DNA of 64,000 nucleotides from Amoebidium appalachense (GCA_963693365.1 CAVNZM010000007.1:7003962-7067961), one strand, 5' to 3'. Counted from the stretch's first letter, positions 1 through 14,993 are shown. Notes: a model not told the origin generated them from the sequence alone. Program-made: numbers and translations.

Positions 1-426
1 CAAAAAGATGACGTGACGCTGTGCGTATTTGGCAGCCTGTGCACGGGGCTTTTTTGGCTTTTCAGGGCTCCCTTACATACTGTACAGTAGCTTTTTTTGT
101 AATTTATCTGGTGACATCAGTCGTAACTGTCCGTCGGCCAGGCGCGGCGTTCGGTTAGTTGTACATGTGGACCAGGCCGGCTGCTTGTTTTCTTAGTACT
201 TTCGATTGTTGGGCTTGTTTAGCTAATCTGACCGAGGCTTGGCTGGAAAACACAGGAGGTGAAGCCGGTGAAAGTTGGATGGTCGTCCTTCGAGGGCAAT
301 GAGAGTTTGTACGCTCTAGATAGAGGTTCAGATGACCTTTCATTCATTTTCTGAGTTTTCCTACACCTACATGTCTGAATACTAGATAATAGTGGCATAA
401 ACATAGCAAAGGTAACAGCGACAACA

Positions 427-3304
427 ATGGAAAAACGGCAGGCAGCTGAACGGAGGCTCAAGGATGTGGTCTCGCTAATGCGCCAACCGCCAGAAGAGGT
501 GAGAAACGGGTGTGTGCATGCCGTATTATAAATAGACGCTTTTTGCCATGCTGCATCCAGCTACGCACACGCCTACTACTATTAGTGTGATACACGAGCC
601 AAGGCGTGCATGCACCACATGATTATTCTCAATTCACAGCTCATGGCAATATACATATATATGAATATATTAACACATGGCATGCCCACGCAGATATTCA
701 AAAGTCTTTCGGAAAACTTCCGTGAGCATTTTGAGGGGGAGACGAGCAAGAGAGCAGCGATTAATTGCGCAGTGGCAGGGGTAGCTGTTGATGCCCAACT
801 GTGCCTCGAAGACCAGAAAAAATGCCAAGAAACCAGAACAGAGCACCTTTTTATATTTTCGCTTATCCACACAATGGGAATAAATGCCGTCCGGAGTTTG
901 TGGGAGAGGTCGAGTTTTTCTCATGGTACGACAGAGCATCCACCGGGAGAAAACGAAAGCGGAAATATGTACAACGTCAGTGTTATTTCTAATCTGGCTG
1001 AATGTACGGCAAAATTCGTCGACAATCTGCTTGCTAGTGGAGGAAAGGAAGTTGGATTACTTCTAGAGCACACGAAGATGACAGACGCACGTGTTGTAAG
1101 TCCCCCAGTCTTCCTCCTCTCCCCCCCCCCCCCCCCCCCCCCCCCCGCCCGCCCCACCCCATAGTCTCGTATGTGAGTGTGCACACGTGTGCGCTCGTGC
1201 GTGTGTGTCTGTGAGTGTGTCAGTGTGTGTGTGTGTGTGTAGGTGTTGAGGGCGGGAGAGGTGGAAGAGGGATGGAGGGGTTCGTAGAAAAATCTACACA
1301 GTCAGAAGGTTTCCATGCTATCCCATTCGAGCAAATAAAATTGAATGCTTTTTGGCACTGCAATAAGTGACGTAACCTTGAAGGTTTGCTGAAAATTATA
1401 ACTTGATGTGCATGTATATATTAATAAGTTACCCATTAGTTGTACGCGCACTTCCACATACAGATATGCACCCCTGTATTTGTTGCATATTGTGTACACA
1501 AGGAAAGATTCAAAGTTTTTTCGTGAAGCCGAGGTATTTGGTCCGAGAAGGTGAAGATTGTAAAAAAAGGCGAGTCGGGTCGCATGGGGGAGAGGGGGGA
1601 GGGGGTGAGGGGGTGAGGTGGGGGGGGGGGGGGGGGGGGGAAGGGGGGGGGGGGGGGTGGAGGGGGACTATGGGGGGGAAGGGGGGGGGGGGGGGGGGGG
1701 GGTAAAACAATTTGAAGGTTGATGACAGTGAAGTATCATCTCTTCAGATACATGTAAAAAATGTTCTCTATTTTATCCCTTTTAATCCTTTTTATCCTGG
1801 GAAGAGCCGCCTAAGGGTTCTCATAGGATGTACCGTCTTCCACTCAGGCACCGGCTGTACCCTAGCTAGAGTGCAAATGGCCAATGTAACAGCAAATTGT
1901 GTGTGTGCTTTTGGAAGGCCTGAAGACAGACGTTCACCAAAGGTTTTATGGAGGATGCAGGGTTGTGGGGGAGGACGCGGGGGGGAGGGGAGGGTGGGGG
2001 GATTGGCTATTAGCAAAAATGGGGCAAGAGATGCAGGTTTCACGAAGATATATCCAAACTTCAGCTTAATAAGGTTCTGATTTAATGACGTGCAGGCATG
2101 GGAGTTGTCAAGCAAGCCGAGAGCTGTGGACGAGATCGTGATGGCTGTTGCTATGGCGATGTTTCGACACGCAGTTAGAGACACTCTCGTCCAATTAGAA
2201 ATCAGATTTAAGGAGGAACAGATCACGGAGCAAGAGAATACACGGCCTGAGGGAATCAAGAGATATATCGTGTCGGAGATTATTGCACCTTTGGTTCGTG
2301 CTAAAGTGGAAGATTGGATCCTATCGCTTTGCGACGAGGAAAATGCGAAACTGCTTGAACGAGCATTATCACAAATCGGATGGGAGAAACTCCATATGGC
2401 GGTGCCTATTAACAGGCAGGTGGTGGAACTTTTTAGGAAAGGTTACGTTCGTTGTGATGATTGGTGTGCGTTGGCACCACCGGCCATCGAAGAAAATAAA
2501 AACCCCACCGAGACGACGATGGTTGAGTGGTGGAAAGACCGGCTGAATGCAAGCAATTATCAAAACGAGAGCGGGATCGTGGCGGCGTGCCTAGAACATG
2601 AAACGTGGGAAAAGTTTGAGAGTATAATTGAAGGAGCAAAGTTGGATGAGGAAGAACGGAAAAGAAAGGAGGAGATGGATAAGAGAAGGAAAATAGAGAT
2701 GGATGCAGCGATGGAGCGACTGCGAGAAGAGGTTGATGACATAAAGAGTGCCTTAAAGGTGAGTGTGCATGTCTATGCTCTTGTCAGATTTAGCTATTCT
2801 TTTTTCTTTTTTCCTTTTCTTCCCCCCCCCTTTTTTTGTCACAGTTTCGTTTACTTTGTGATATGTCTCTATGCAAACCCCCCCCCCCCCCCCCCTCCCC
2901 CCTCCCCCCGGCCCTTTTGTGTTCCTTCTTTTCCCCCCGACTGAAGTTTCGTTATTTCTTTTTCTTTTCATTCCCTTCCTTTCCTTTCCCGGAGGCTTCT
3001 TTTTCTTACTTACTTTCTTCTTGTTGTTGTTCTTCTTCTTCTTTTTCTTCTTTAATATTTGTGTGTGTGTGGGTGGGTGGGTGGGTGGCTGGGTGGGTGG
3101 GTGGGGGCGGGGGGAAGGGGGGGGGGGGAGGAGGGGGAGGATTGGTTTCTATCCACATAGAATTATCTTATGACTAACCAGATGCTAGCAAGGTCTCAAT
3201 CACAGCCGTTTATTTGTTTATTAGCAGTTCAAACAGGCACGAAGACACACAAACATAGTCTTAACAACTCACACTCAACACCCAGTCCCCCCCCCCCTCC
3301 CCCT

Positions 3305-3337
<33 letters not shown>

Positions 3338-3626
3338 CACTTCTCGAGCTCCCCGGTTTGCCTGCCCCATCCCTCCCCTCCTGCCCCCCTCCCTCTCCAC
3401 CGTACCCCCCCTCTGTTCCATACTAACTCTCTTTTGTGTGACGCACTCTATGGCTTCTAATCTCAAACCTACTTGCCAAAAGACCCCACCTCCGTACATA
3501 CATATTCATTTAGCACAAGAAAATGCACGACACTGAACTCATACTAACATACCAAGGGCCGCCATATACTTGCATATGCCTTGCACACTCGGCTTCTGAA
3601 TCAGGAGTCTCGTCTTCATTGCCAAC

Positions 3627-3659
<33 letters not shown>

Positions 3660-4826
3660 ACACACACACCCACCCTCCACCCCCCCCCCCCCCCCCCCGC
3701 GCGTTGGGTCCCCCTGAAAAGATGGGCTCTTCCTTATATGCATACCATTTTATGTGTGGTTTGCACTCTGCATTGTGCTGTTCGTTATGAATGTGTACTT
3801 CGCACCCCATAACACATTCCAAATCCCCCCGCTGCATTTAGTTAGTAACCACCCCTCCCCCCGCCTCCACCTCCCCCCTCCCCCTCCCCCCTCCCCCCTC
3901 TCCATCCCGGCCCCGCCATCCGTGTGAATTGCAGTTTGAAAGCAAAAGCCCTGCACTCTCTGTTACTCATGATGTTAAATTTCAATTAATTAGTAACCAT
4001 CCCCCCCCCCCTCCCCCCCCCCCCCCCCCCATCCTCCCCCACTCGCCCCTCTCCCCCCCCACCTTCCGACTCCACACTGCAGCTTCTTTATGAAGACTGG
4101 CCCAAGGACATTCTCAAAAGCCAACCGCCACTCCTGGAAACCGTCGATGGAGAACAAGAATATGACAATACCGAACCCGAAAATCCTTTAAACCCCCCCG
4201 CTGCAGAAAAACGGGGGCTCTTCGCCGACGTCAAAATGACCAAAAGCAACGAAGAGAGCATGTGCATTCAGGACACAACGAGGGAGAAATGTTCTCGTCG
4301 GACAGAAGGAAACGGTTTAAAAGAACCGTCGGGGAAACGGTCGAGAACAACACGGGGGGGCTCAAACACGTCCGAAATTTCCGGCATGGCGGGGATTGAG
4401 ATGGTTAATCCCAATGCCATGGCGGATACGGGATCTGTCATATGGTGGAAGCAGACAACGGCCCCTCATGTTTGGTGGCCTGGCAAGGTGGTGGAGAAAA
4501 AGCCGAAACCCGGTTATACAACGGTAATTCTGACTGTCGAGCCGTTTTTCGGGAAGCACGCAAGGGGCGATTTGCCGATCGTTCTTGAGGATAAATTGGA
4601 TTTCGCTTTGGCTGGTGGTTTGCCTCTGGGCAGTAATTCCTCTGACCTTGAGGGCCGTCTAGTCCGACCCCACGACATCAAACATGTGAAAAAGTACCTC
4701 ATGCCAGTGTGTGACACACATATCGATGGGTTTTGGGCAAAGTATATTACTGCGGACGAGAATGATGGGGTTTGGGCACAGGTGGAAGAGCAGGACGCCG
4801 CAAACCGGAAACGAGTGCAGATGTGA
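427..4826 (+). CDS. Spliced gene, ~626 aa: helical N-terminal region, coiled coil, C-terminal PWWP-like domain (exons 427-498, 694-1095, 2096-2758, 4083-4826)
   Basis: All three introns are GT..AG and phase 0 (GAG|GTGAGA..CAG|ATA; GTT|GTAAGT..CAG|GCA; AAG|GTGAGT..CAG|CTT), giving one stop-free 1881-nt frame. Exon 3 ends in a charged coiled coil (EEERKRKEEMDKRRKIEMDAAMERLREEVDDIKSALK). Exon 4 has GSVIWWKQTTAPHVWWPGKVV...VEPFFG, matching the PWWP pattern (VW.K...PWWP..V...V.FFG). The true start and any small extra exons are unverified. Confidence 0.7.
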
Positions 4827-5552
4827 TAGGGGTCATTCCTCTACATTACACCACACGGCAATTTTTTGTTTTATTCGTTTCATTCTTTCCCCCCCCTCGT
4901 TTTTCTTCTTGTTCTTATTCGTGTTCTTCAAGTTCCCTCCTCTTTTTATATTTTTTCTCCAGTTTCCTTTTCTTTTCTTTTTTTTTCTTTCTCTCTCTTT
5001 TTTTTTTTTAACTTTCTCCTTTTCTTCTTCTTCTTTTTCTCAGATGATTCTTGTAATTAAATACATATTCTTCATTTTTTTGTCTTGCCCAGTCGAGTGA
5101 GGGAGTCCGACGATGATTGACCTATTTCATCAGTTTTTTGTAAGTGTTCGACAGAAATGCCATATGCCATAGTATGGAGACCACTTAAAATGTAAATGTC
5201 ATTGACTGGCATTGCCTCCTCTGTGACTGGATTTAATTTGCATCCATGGCTAAAACATAGCGGATATTACTAGTTACAACCGTATCTATGTTATCACTTA
5301 GTCCAATTGGTTCCCACTAGGTTTGCACTGTAGAGAATATATTAATCGGTAAAACTCAGGGCAGTGGTGGTCGAGTTTGGGGTTTAAAAATGTACATTCA
5401 CATGCCATACACGTAGCATTGAACGAGTGCACACACTCGCCAACACCAGATTTTGGACATAAATACATGGTCACACACAGACTGTGTCACACGCACAAAA
5501 TACACCCACATGTGCACACACACACGCACACACACATATACACACACGCGCG

Positions 5553-5638
<86 letters not shown>

Positions 5639-5649
5639 TACGGACACGT

Positions 5650-5742
<93 letters not shown>

Positions 5743-6107
5743 CACACACGCACACGCACGCATGCATACCAACAGTTCACATAGTATGTGTCCATTTTCT
5801 TGGCTGTAAGTATTCGTGAAAAAAATTCTCGATGTTTTGTCTTGGATATATTTGAGGCAAATGCACTCGGGGTATTTGGACGCGTGGAGCCAATCCTACA
5901 GATTTAGCTTTCTTTACTTCTCAAGTTTCACATGTCCCTTACCTCTCCCCCCTCCCGCCCCCCACCCCCTTTCTGCCTTCGTGCTTTTTTCAAACCCCCC
6001 CCCCCCCCCCCACCCCACTCCCCCCCCCCCACCCCCTTTCTGCCTTCGTGCTTTTTTCAAACCTCCCCCCCCTCCCTTTTTCTCTCTCTCTCAGACTCTC
6101 TCCCTCC

Positions 6108-6140
<33 letters not shown>

Positions 6141-6739
6141 CCCCCCCCCCCCCCCCCCCCCCCCCTTCCCCCCCCCTCCCCCCTCCTCTCTCTCCCTCTC
6201 TCTTTCACTCCCTCCTCCCTCTTTCCATTTCTCTCTCTCCCTCTCTTGCACCTTCTCTTTTTCATTTTCTCCCCTTTCACTCTCACAGCACCACCACACC
6301 ACCACCGGCCAAAAAACCCAGAAAACCCTTAAACAGCAAAAGAAACCATTCGTACGGTAAAGCAGAGAGATGGTAAAGTCAGTAATGGCTAGGGCTCTGA
6401 GCAAATGCAAATGACCAATTTCATATAATTTGCATATTAATATTATTGTTGAGCAGAGCTCATCAACGCGTATGTGTTCTGCTCTTGTCAGTAAGACTAC
6501 GGTATATATGTCTGACCGAACACTGAACCCGTACTAGGATGGCGCTTCAATACATGCACATGTGCAAAGGCAGGCGCGCATGTACAGATACACACACATG
6601 TACAAGCACGCACATCCTGCATATCACAACATACACAATCACAACTCCCCCCCCCCTCCCACCCCCCCCTCCCCCCCCCCCCCCCCCCCCCCCCCCCGCC
6701 GCTCCCTCCCTCCCTCCCTCTTTCGCCCATACTACACGT

Positions 6740-6770
<31 letters not shown>

Positions 6771-6790
6771 TACACACGTACACACACACA

Positions 6791-6851
<61 letters not shown>

Positions 6852-6889
6852 ACGGGTGGGGGAGGGGAGGCCGGAGGGGCGGGGGGGGG

Positions 6890-6932
<43 letters not shown>

Positions 6933-7731
6933 CTCTAAAGCAAATATGCATGTGTGTCAGAGGGCTAGAATGAATTCATGTAAAATCAGAAAAAACAAAT
7001 TTTATATACAGAGGGCTAAAAATTTAAGGACTAAGACTTTATAAACATGAGCATCAAGCTGGCAGGGCGACAAAAAACATATCATAAAATAAAAGTAGAA
7101 GTCTTAACTGTAAGGTCGGATTCTGAAATACTCTGATCACATAGTCAAATAAATTGATTCCCCCATTTTGCTTTCTGTGTCTGGTGAAGAGAGGTCCCTT
7201 TTTCCCATTCTGAGCTCTCAACTCTCGGCAGAACAAAAAAAAGGGGGCGCGGGGGCAGATGATATCATAATGGGTCTTGTTACCAACCCTCCCCCTCCCC
7301 CCCCTTTCCCTCCCCCCCCCCCCCTCCCCCTCCCCCCTTTCCCCTCCCCCCCCCCCCCTCCCCCCCCCCCCCCCCCCCCCCCCCAAAGCACAAACCTACA
7401 CATGCACATGGTACATTCAATGTCTCAACCGGCGCCTGTTCCCCGTAATGCCACAACTTGAATTGCTTGATATGTAGCAGACACCACCGGCTTCCATTGT
7501 GTAATTACCCTTCGTCGGATCTCTCCCTCCGATCCTAGCTTATGATGAATCGAGTTTTTTTCGGTAAACACACCATCATGCCTTATTGGAACGACTGTGT
7601 CGGGGTGAGAATGGAGAATATTCACATTCCAGCCAATAGGTATTCGTGAATACAGGGTGGAGGTGGCTGCACGTGGAAGGGAAGGTGTTAGATACTGTGT
7701 GCATGTGCGCTTCTTATGTATACGTGTTTGG

Positions 7732-7762
<31 letters not shown>

Positions 7763-7822
7763 CCCAATATCGTTGTGTGTGTGTGTGTGTGTGCACGTGT
7801 ATATATTTGTGTGTGTGTTTGC

Positions 7823-7864
<42 letters not shown>

Positions 7865-8266
7865 TGTTGTGTGTGTGTGTCCGTGGGAAGAGGGGGGGGG
7901 GGGGGGGAGGGGGGGGGAGGGGGGAGGGGGGGGGGGGGTGGGGGGGTGGGCAGGGATAACACGAAAAAAAACAAACAACATGTGTATAATCATGCGCCTT
8001 GTCAAGTGGTTGAGGTTGAAGGTCGTGCAATATGGCTTTGCAGAGTTCAAAAAGATGAATACGAACACTAATACCGTATGATAACAACAACTTATAACAA
8101 GAACAGTATGATAAAGAGGGAACTTTGAAAAAGAATCCGCTAAGACAAATAAGACATACTACCAGATTAGATAAGCACACTTGATTCCGGACTTGAATTT
8201 AGCTGCCCTGCCTGGCACTGCGGAGCCCAACCTCCAATCAAATCTGGCCGCCAAACCATATCACGT

Positions 8267-8318
8267 GACCCACAACCCCCTAGACCCACAACCCCCTAGA
8301 CCCACAACCCCCTAGACC
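8267..8318. repeat. 16-bp tandem repeat x3 (GACCCACAACCCCCTA)
   Basis: Read directly from the sequence. Confidence 0.9.
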
Positions 8319-8323
8319 TGCTG

Positions 8324-8398
<75 letters not shown>

Positions 8399-8684
8399 TT
8401 GGCCTGCCGCCTCATGATCCCTGCCAGCTTATCAGGGCTGCATCTGGTTGAAATTTCGCTGGGCATCTGAAAATAATTCCCCAAGGTAGGCCCCTTGCAC
8501 GACCCGAACTTCCATGCGTGCAGAAAGGGAACATTCTTGTCCACCTTGCAGTGTAGCTGCCCAAAGCCCCACCAAAAGTGTCAGCTTAAACAAAAGTTCG
8601 CAAATTTCTGCAATACCAAAAAGTAGTGGTGCTTATGTCTACGTGAGATGCCCAAATCCTGCCTTTAATCTAGCCCAATTCCAG

Positions 8685-8756
<72 letters not shown>

Positions 8757-8757
8757 G

Positions 8758-8861
<104 letters not shown>

Positions 8862-9442
8862 AAACACATGCCCACACAACACACACAAACACAGACTGTG
8901 ATCACGACACACACATATACAGTGACATGCACTCGCGCGCACACACATGACAAACATATACACACACACACTAAGTCTTTGAACATCACACACACACACC
9001 TGTGCACGTTTACCGTAACGGGCAGATGTGCACAACAAACAATACTACCGCAGTTTTGCACACAACTGGCCGGCCAAACTGCTAGCTAGAGGTGCAACTC
9101 CCGGGCAATTCCGATGAGAAAGCGTTGACAGAGTGAAGCACAAGAAAGATATGGGAAATATAGTAGATAACATGCCATTCATTGGCTTAATATACGGTGT
9201 TTGTGATTAGCCTAAGGGTCACTGGTGTCACTGGGTGGTGGGTGGGTGGGTAGGGGGTAAGGGGGTGGGAGGTCCGAGAACCTTCCCCAGCTAGGATATT
9301 GATCCCCGCTGACTTGGGGTCTCAATCGTTGTGCACGTATCCTGCTCCCAAGAGGGGGGGGGGGAGGGGGGGGAAGGGGGGGGGGGGGGGGGGGGGGGGG
9401 GGAGGGTACGTGATGGTGCTGGTGGTATTGGTGGTGGTGGGG

Positions 9443-10270
9443 AGGGGTCAACCGCAACCGGTAAATATATATAAATATATATAAATATATGAATTTATGT
9501 AAATATATATAAATATGATAAATATAAATAAATATATCATACGGTAAATATATGTTAATATACGTTAATATCATACTGATTATTATGACTATATGGAAAT
9601 ATCATGATATAATATATATATATAAGGGGGGGGGGTTTACGCTGTTTACTCGAGGCAAGGAGAAACCAGTCTCAGGTATGGGGGGGGGGTTTGCTCGGAA
9701 TATCCCCTCAGCGGTATATCATGATCACGTACATAGATGTCGGGTGATGACTATATATCAGGGTTTACTCTCTCTACGAGACACCATAAAGACTACAAGG
9801 AGAAATCAATTAGTTGGGGTTCCCCGTTTTTATATAAAGAACGGTAGTACATAAAAACATGCAAATAACATTTGTTATGAAGCTCTGCACCGGGTTCGAA
9901 GTTGCTGCAGGCTCGTGATCGAGAACGGCACAGCCTGTGCCACACACGTTCAGTATCGGGCCAATCAAACATCGCTGAGTCCGACTCTGCCACGATCTGC
10001 CATGATCCGTATCGTGTGTCGTGGTCGAGAGTGGCACAGCCTGTGACAATCTTGACTGTTATATGCAACTCAACCAGTATGCCCCAATATATATGCACGA
10101 TATACGAGATGATATCGGGCTATGATAAATATATCATTTGAAATATATCAGTGAATATATATAAATATATACTGATAAAATATATATCATACAAATATAT
10201 ACAAATATATACAAAAATATATATAAGTATATAAATATATATAAACATATACCGGTTGCGGGCGACCCCT
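9443..10270. mobile_element. Non-autonomous DNA transposon, 828 bp, with TIRs and a 5-bp target-site duplication
   Basis: The left end AGGGGTCAACCGCAACCGGTA matches the reverse complement of the right end AGGGGTCGCCCGCAACCGGTA at 19/21 positions. AT-rich subterminal blocks follow on both sides. TGGGG lies directly outside both ends (9438-9442, 10271-10275). Confidence 0.75.
9626..9830 (+). repeat. Dispersed ~200-bp repeat, copy 1 (nested inside the TIR element)
   Basis: GGGGGTTTACGCTGTTTACTCGAGGCAA...GGAATATCCCCTCAGCGGTATATCATGATCA...GGGGTTCCCCGTTTT is near-identical to the reverse complement of 17321-17455 and 23761-24097. Confidence 0.9.
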
Positions 10271-12634
10271 TGGGGAGAGAGGAGGGGGGGGAGGGGGGAA
10301 GCAGAAGGGATGGGAAGAATTTTTTTTGCATAGTCATTCAATATTTATTTGACCTGGCCCATCCTTGCCCAGGCTCTGTGCATGTTCAAACGGCATCTAC
10401 ATGCCTCTGCGCAAGCCCAAACTATGAGCCGTTCTAAGCTCTCCCCCCCCCCCCCCCCCCCCTCCCCCCCCCCTCGCCCTGCTCTCCCAGTACACCCCTC
10501 TCACTCTCGACCTGTCTACCCCCCCCCCCCCTCCCCGCCCCCGTCGAGTCCCTCCCCTCCCCCTCCCCCCCCCCCCCCCCCCCCCCCTCTCCCCCTGCCC
10601 ACTAACCCATCACACTTACAGTATGACTGTACGAATGACAAACATAAAAACGTGCACACAGGAGCTATGATTCAGGCTCTATAGGTGTTTGTGTAACAGT
10701 TTGTCTCTGCCTCTCTCCCTTGCACACTGCTCCCTCACTCTCTGCCACTCTCTATTCCTCTGTCACACCCTCATTTCCTTTCTCAGGCTTCAGCTTTTTC
10801 TCCCCCTGCCACCCCCCCTCCCCCCACCCTCCTTTGCCACCTTCCTCTCAACCTCCTTCTCTCCCTCTCCCCCGGTCTGCCGGACTCCCCACCCTCTCTC
10901 GCTCTAAACTCCTCTGTCTGTCTGCCACTGACTCTTCAAGTTTCTCTCCTAATTCGCTCTCTCTTTTTGACAATGTCTCTCTCTTCCTCCCGCCCCCGTC
11001 TTTCCCTCCACCTCCCTCCACCTCCCCACACCCCCCTTTTCCCGCCTATTCTCTTTTCTCCCCTCTCCGTTTCTCTCTTTCCTGTCTCACATGCCCTCTC
11101 TCACCTAAAGCTTGTCCCATTGTCTCTCAGAACCTCCCTTTTCTCTCTGTCACTCTATTTCCCTTTCCCCATTCCTTCTTTTGTTTGTGTTTCTTTTTTT
11201 TTTTGTAGAACCTTCGTCTCTTTCTCTTCTCTTCCCGAATTTATCTAGGTCTCTCTCCCACCTCAGGGCCTCTCATCTCTTTCCACCCTCGTTGCCCCTC
11301 CCCCCCCCCCGGCTCCCCCTTCCCCTCTCTCTTCCCCCCCCTCCCCCCCCCCCCCCGGCTTCCTTCCCTCCCTCTTCCTTCCCGCCCTTCGCCTTCCTTT
11401 TGATAACTCTCTTGCCACCTCCCCAATATTGTGACTACAGGCAGCTCCACAAGGAACCACCCATAGCAGCCATTCAACGATTAGCAGTGTTCACTCTAGC
11501 CCTTTTGTTTTCAAATTGAATTTTTACTCGATAACCAACTGCAACGTAGCGTATAGAACCCAGACCTCAACGATTAATATGCACCTTGTCTCTGACCAGA
11601 CCTTTTCAGCCCCCGTTATCCATCTCTTTGACTTTCCAAGTGCAGCTCCATTCACTGAATCAGACTCTAGATCTCCCTGGCACTATACGTCATCACTCCG
11701 ACAAGCCCAGCCTCCCCCCCCCCCCCCCCCCCCCCCCCAAGGCCCCCTCTGCCTCCTCACCCCGGCTGTGTCGGAAAAATCGTTATATCCCCCGACAAAA
11801 TGGCGAAAGAAGGAAAGAAAACAAATCCTCCCTGACACCGTAAATGCCAGTAACCCGACTTGTTCCACAGAGGGCACGTCTGCACGATGCAGCAGTCCAG
11901 GACCGGGACACTGCACCCACACACATCAGCGCTGAAGGGTACCAAGTCGAGCCCATCCCACATATCCACACACGAGAATACTGGAACGACAGATCTTTTC
12001 CCGGGAACCAACAGAGCCCCCCCCCCCCCACCTTCCCCAGTTCCCCAGCCTGGAACCTCCCCCCCTCCCCCCCCCCCCCCCCCCTCCCCTCCAACCCTCC
12101 TCCCCCCCCCCCCCCTCCCCCTCCCCTCTCTGCCTCGGCCCCTACTGAACTATTCCAATGCAATAAGCGAGCAGTTTGCTTTTTCAATAAATGACTTCTA
12201 TTCCAATTCTTTTTTTGCAGCTCTGAGACTCACTGTTCCCTATATTTCCTCCTTAGGCTACATCCAGCTATGTGTTTACTTGCATCATCACTGATTCAAT
12301 TGTTCACTGTCTTCGTAGATCTCCCCACTTGCACCCCCCCCCGTATATCAGGAATGCCCCCCCCCCCCCCCCCCCCCCTTCCACGGTTCTTCCAATCCTT
12401 AATATATCTGGCAACCCTCTTCTTTGAATTTCCCTCCTACATTCAGTCTTTAACGTGCTAATAGTCTGATGCACTATCGGGTCAGCATTTAGCATGTGAA
12501 GTCACTGTGCCTTAGCAGTCCCCCCCCCCCCCCCCCCCCCCCCGCGGCCCCCAAACACACACACACACCATGCCTCACCCCCCCCCCCCCCCCCCCCCCC
12601 CCGGCCCCAACGGTTCCCTAGGAGCAACCCTCCC

Positions 12635-12667
<33 letters not shown>

Positions 12668-13029
12668 AACCCCCCCAAAACCCCCCGGGCCCCCTCTACA
12701 GGCAACCTAATGCCTTAACAGAGCAAAGTCTAGATCTCCTATTTCAATGGCTTTCTAATCCAATCGATTACTATTCTTTAGAACCCTCAAGGCTTCCCCA
12801 CATTTGTCATATTCAGTTAACTTGAAAACTTTAGTATGTGTATACACGTTCAATTAGAGAGAGAGAGAGAGAGAGAAAAGGGGGGGGGGGGGGGGGGGGG
12901 GGGGGGGAGGGGGGACAGAGAGAGAAGAAAGGGAGAGGGGGGGGGGGGGGGGAGAGCGATAAAGAGAGAGAAGGGGGGGGGGGGAGAGAGAGAGGGCATA
13001 ACTCTGTATATTTTGTTTGGTAATGTACA

Positions 13030-14993
13030 ATTCACCATTATTTCCCAAGGCACACTATGTGTTCAATCCATGGCACCCTTTACGAGCCTCATCATACGTC
13101 AGCCCAAGACTCTTCAACTGGTGGCTGTGGGCCGGCATGACGGCTGTGCTTGTCCCATGGAGCAGGGCAGAGGGCGTCATAGCGCGCTGTCATGGATTGC
13201 ATCAAGTTTGGCGGCTCAGTACCGAATGGGCACGTAACCGTTACCTGTTGACGTGTGCGAATTATACTCCTGCATTGCCCTCCTGGACCAAGCGTCAAGT
13301 GCCCAACTGTGCACACGACTCTGCACAGAGTGGCACCATGCCTCCCCCGTTGACACACAGGTGTGGTTGGTTTTCAAAAGGGAGCAGCCATGGTACAGCG
13401 TGTGCAATGTGTACTCTTTGATCACGGCGAGGAGGGGTGCACTGTAATGCCGCCAAAAGTTGTGAGGACTACACCAGGATGCATACGCCGTTTGTAGTTG
13501 CTCGCAAGTCCAACAATCGGATGCGCATATCTCACTGTGTGTCTGCACCAACCGCACGCTATTGGTTACTGTCACATTGTAAGGATGCCTACCCTCGCTT
13601 TCTGCAATGAACCGAGGTTGCTGTTGAATTTGGCGCCGATCGTAAAATTGAGTGACTGTTTGCGCACTAGTGCGAACATTGTTATGTGTGGTGTTCTGTG
13701 TAGGCGATGGTCCAAAATCGGCTGCAAGGTCAATGTCGTCACTGTCGCAGTGTTCCGAGTTGATGGGTGCAGGCGATAGGGTAAAGGATGGTTGCTGCGC
13801 GGATATAAAGGAAGGAACGATAAGCAATAATGATAATGAACAATCAGGTATGGTGCAGGTTGTGACGCCATTCATGTTGAAAGTGCACCACACGGCAGAA
13901 TCTCCCCTCCCCCTCCCCCCCCCCCCCCCCTCCCCCCACACACACACACCACCACTCCCCCCCCCCTCTCCCCCCCCCCCCCCCCCCCACACACACACCC
14001 ACTATCCTCCCCCCCCGGTACCTTTCTCCACTTTCCCTACCCGTTAGACTACAATTAATGCCTGCCCTTGGCATTTTCAACTGCCTACCTTCCTACGGTA
14101 AGTGACCCAAGGTAATGGAGTTGCCATATATAGGCAAACCATTTATCGTGTTCGGTGGCTAATAACCATTGTAAGAGTAGATGTTTCCACTGACGAGACA
14201 TTGAATCCGTGCCTACCTCAACGTTATGCTATGACATGAAATGCTGCAAGGGGATATTTTTGTTCTTGTTTTTATTTAGTAATTTCTTTTCTTTCTTTCT
14301 TTCTTTCTTTTTTTTTTTCTTTGTGTGTGTGTGTAAAAGAGGGGTGGGGTGGGTGTTGGGAGGGGGGGGGGGGGGGGGAGGGGGGGGGGGGCAATAGGAA
14401 TTATAGTAACACAGGCTAGGTGTTCGGCTTCAATCGCAGACACCTCAAAACCAAGCTATGACAAAAAAAAAACAAACGAATGAATGGCCTCAAGTGGAAG
14501 GGCTCTTTTTGGTTTGTTTTCTTACCTCTCTGCTTTTCTGTTCTTCCTTCCTTTCTATCTTCCTTCCTTCCTTCCTTCCTTCCTTCCTTTCTTTCTTTCC
14601 AGCTTTCTTCTTCCTTTCTTTCTCTCTTTCTTTCTCTTCTTCTTCTTCTTTTTTTTTTTTTGTTTGAAGGGGAAGGGGGGGGGGGGGGGGGGGGAGGTGG
14701 GGCTAGGAGCGTAAACAAGGTAAATGTAGCCATACCTGTTCGGCGCCGCAGTGTTCTGATCGGGCAGTTGCATGCATGTGCCCATGCCCACTTTCCCCCT
14801 CCGTATTCCGCTCGGCGTGTCGATTCCATTGGTGAGCATCTGCACGAGCTTGAATGCTTCGGAGGTTGGGTGCAGCCTGAGAGATTCCTTGTCCTTCGGT
14901 ATGCTGCCGGGAAACAAATTGAGTTGTTGGGTACGTTGTGGTAGGAGAGTGTTTTTTTCGCGTATATCATTGACGATAACAGGGGAAGTATGT

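Noticed and set aside
5377-5819. Long ORFs of HT/VC/poly-P/poly-G/ER/SL repeats throughout the ORF track (this interval is one example)
   Set aside because: They are translations of (CA)n, poly-C/G and (TC)n tracts that lack stop codons, with no independent coding evidence.
8267-8318. Short direct repeats as a CRISPR array or telomeric repeat
   Set aside because: The units are directly adjacent with no spacers, there are no cas genes, the context is eukaryotic and the unit is not a telomere motif.
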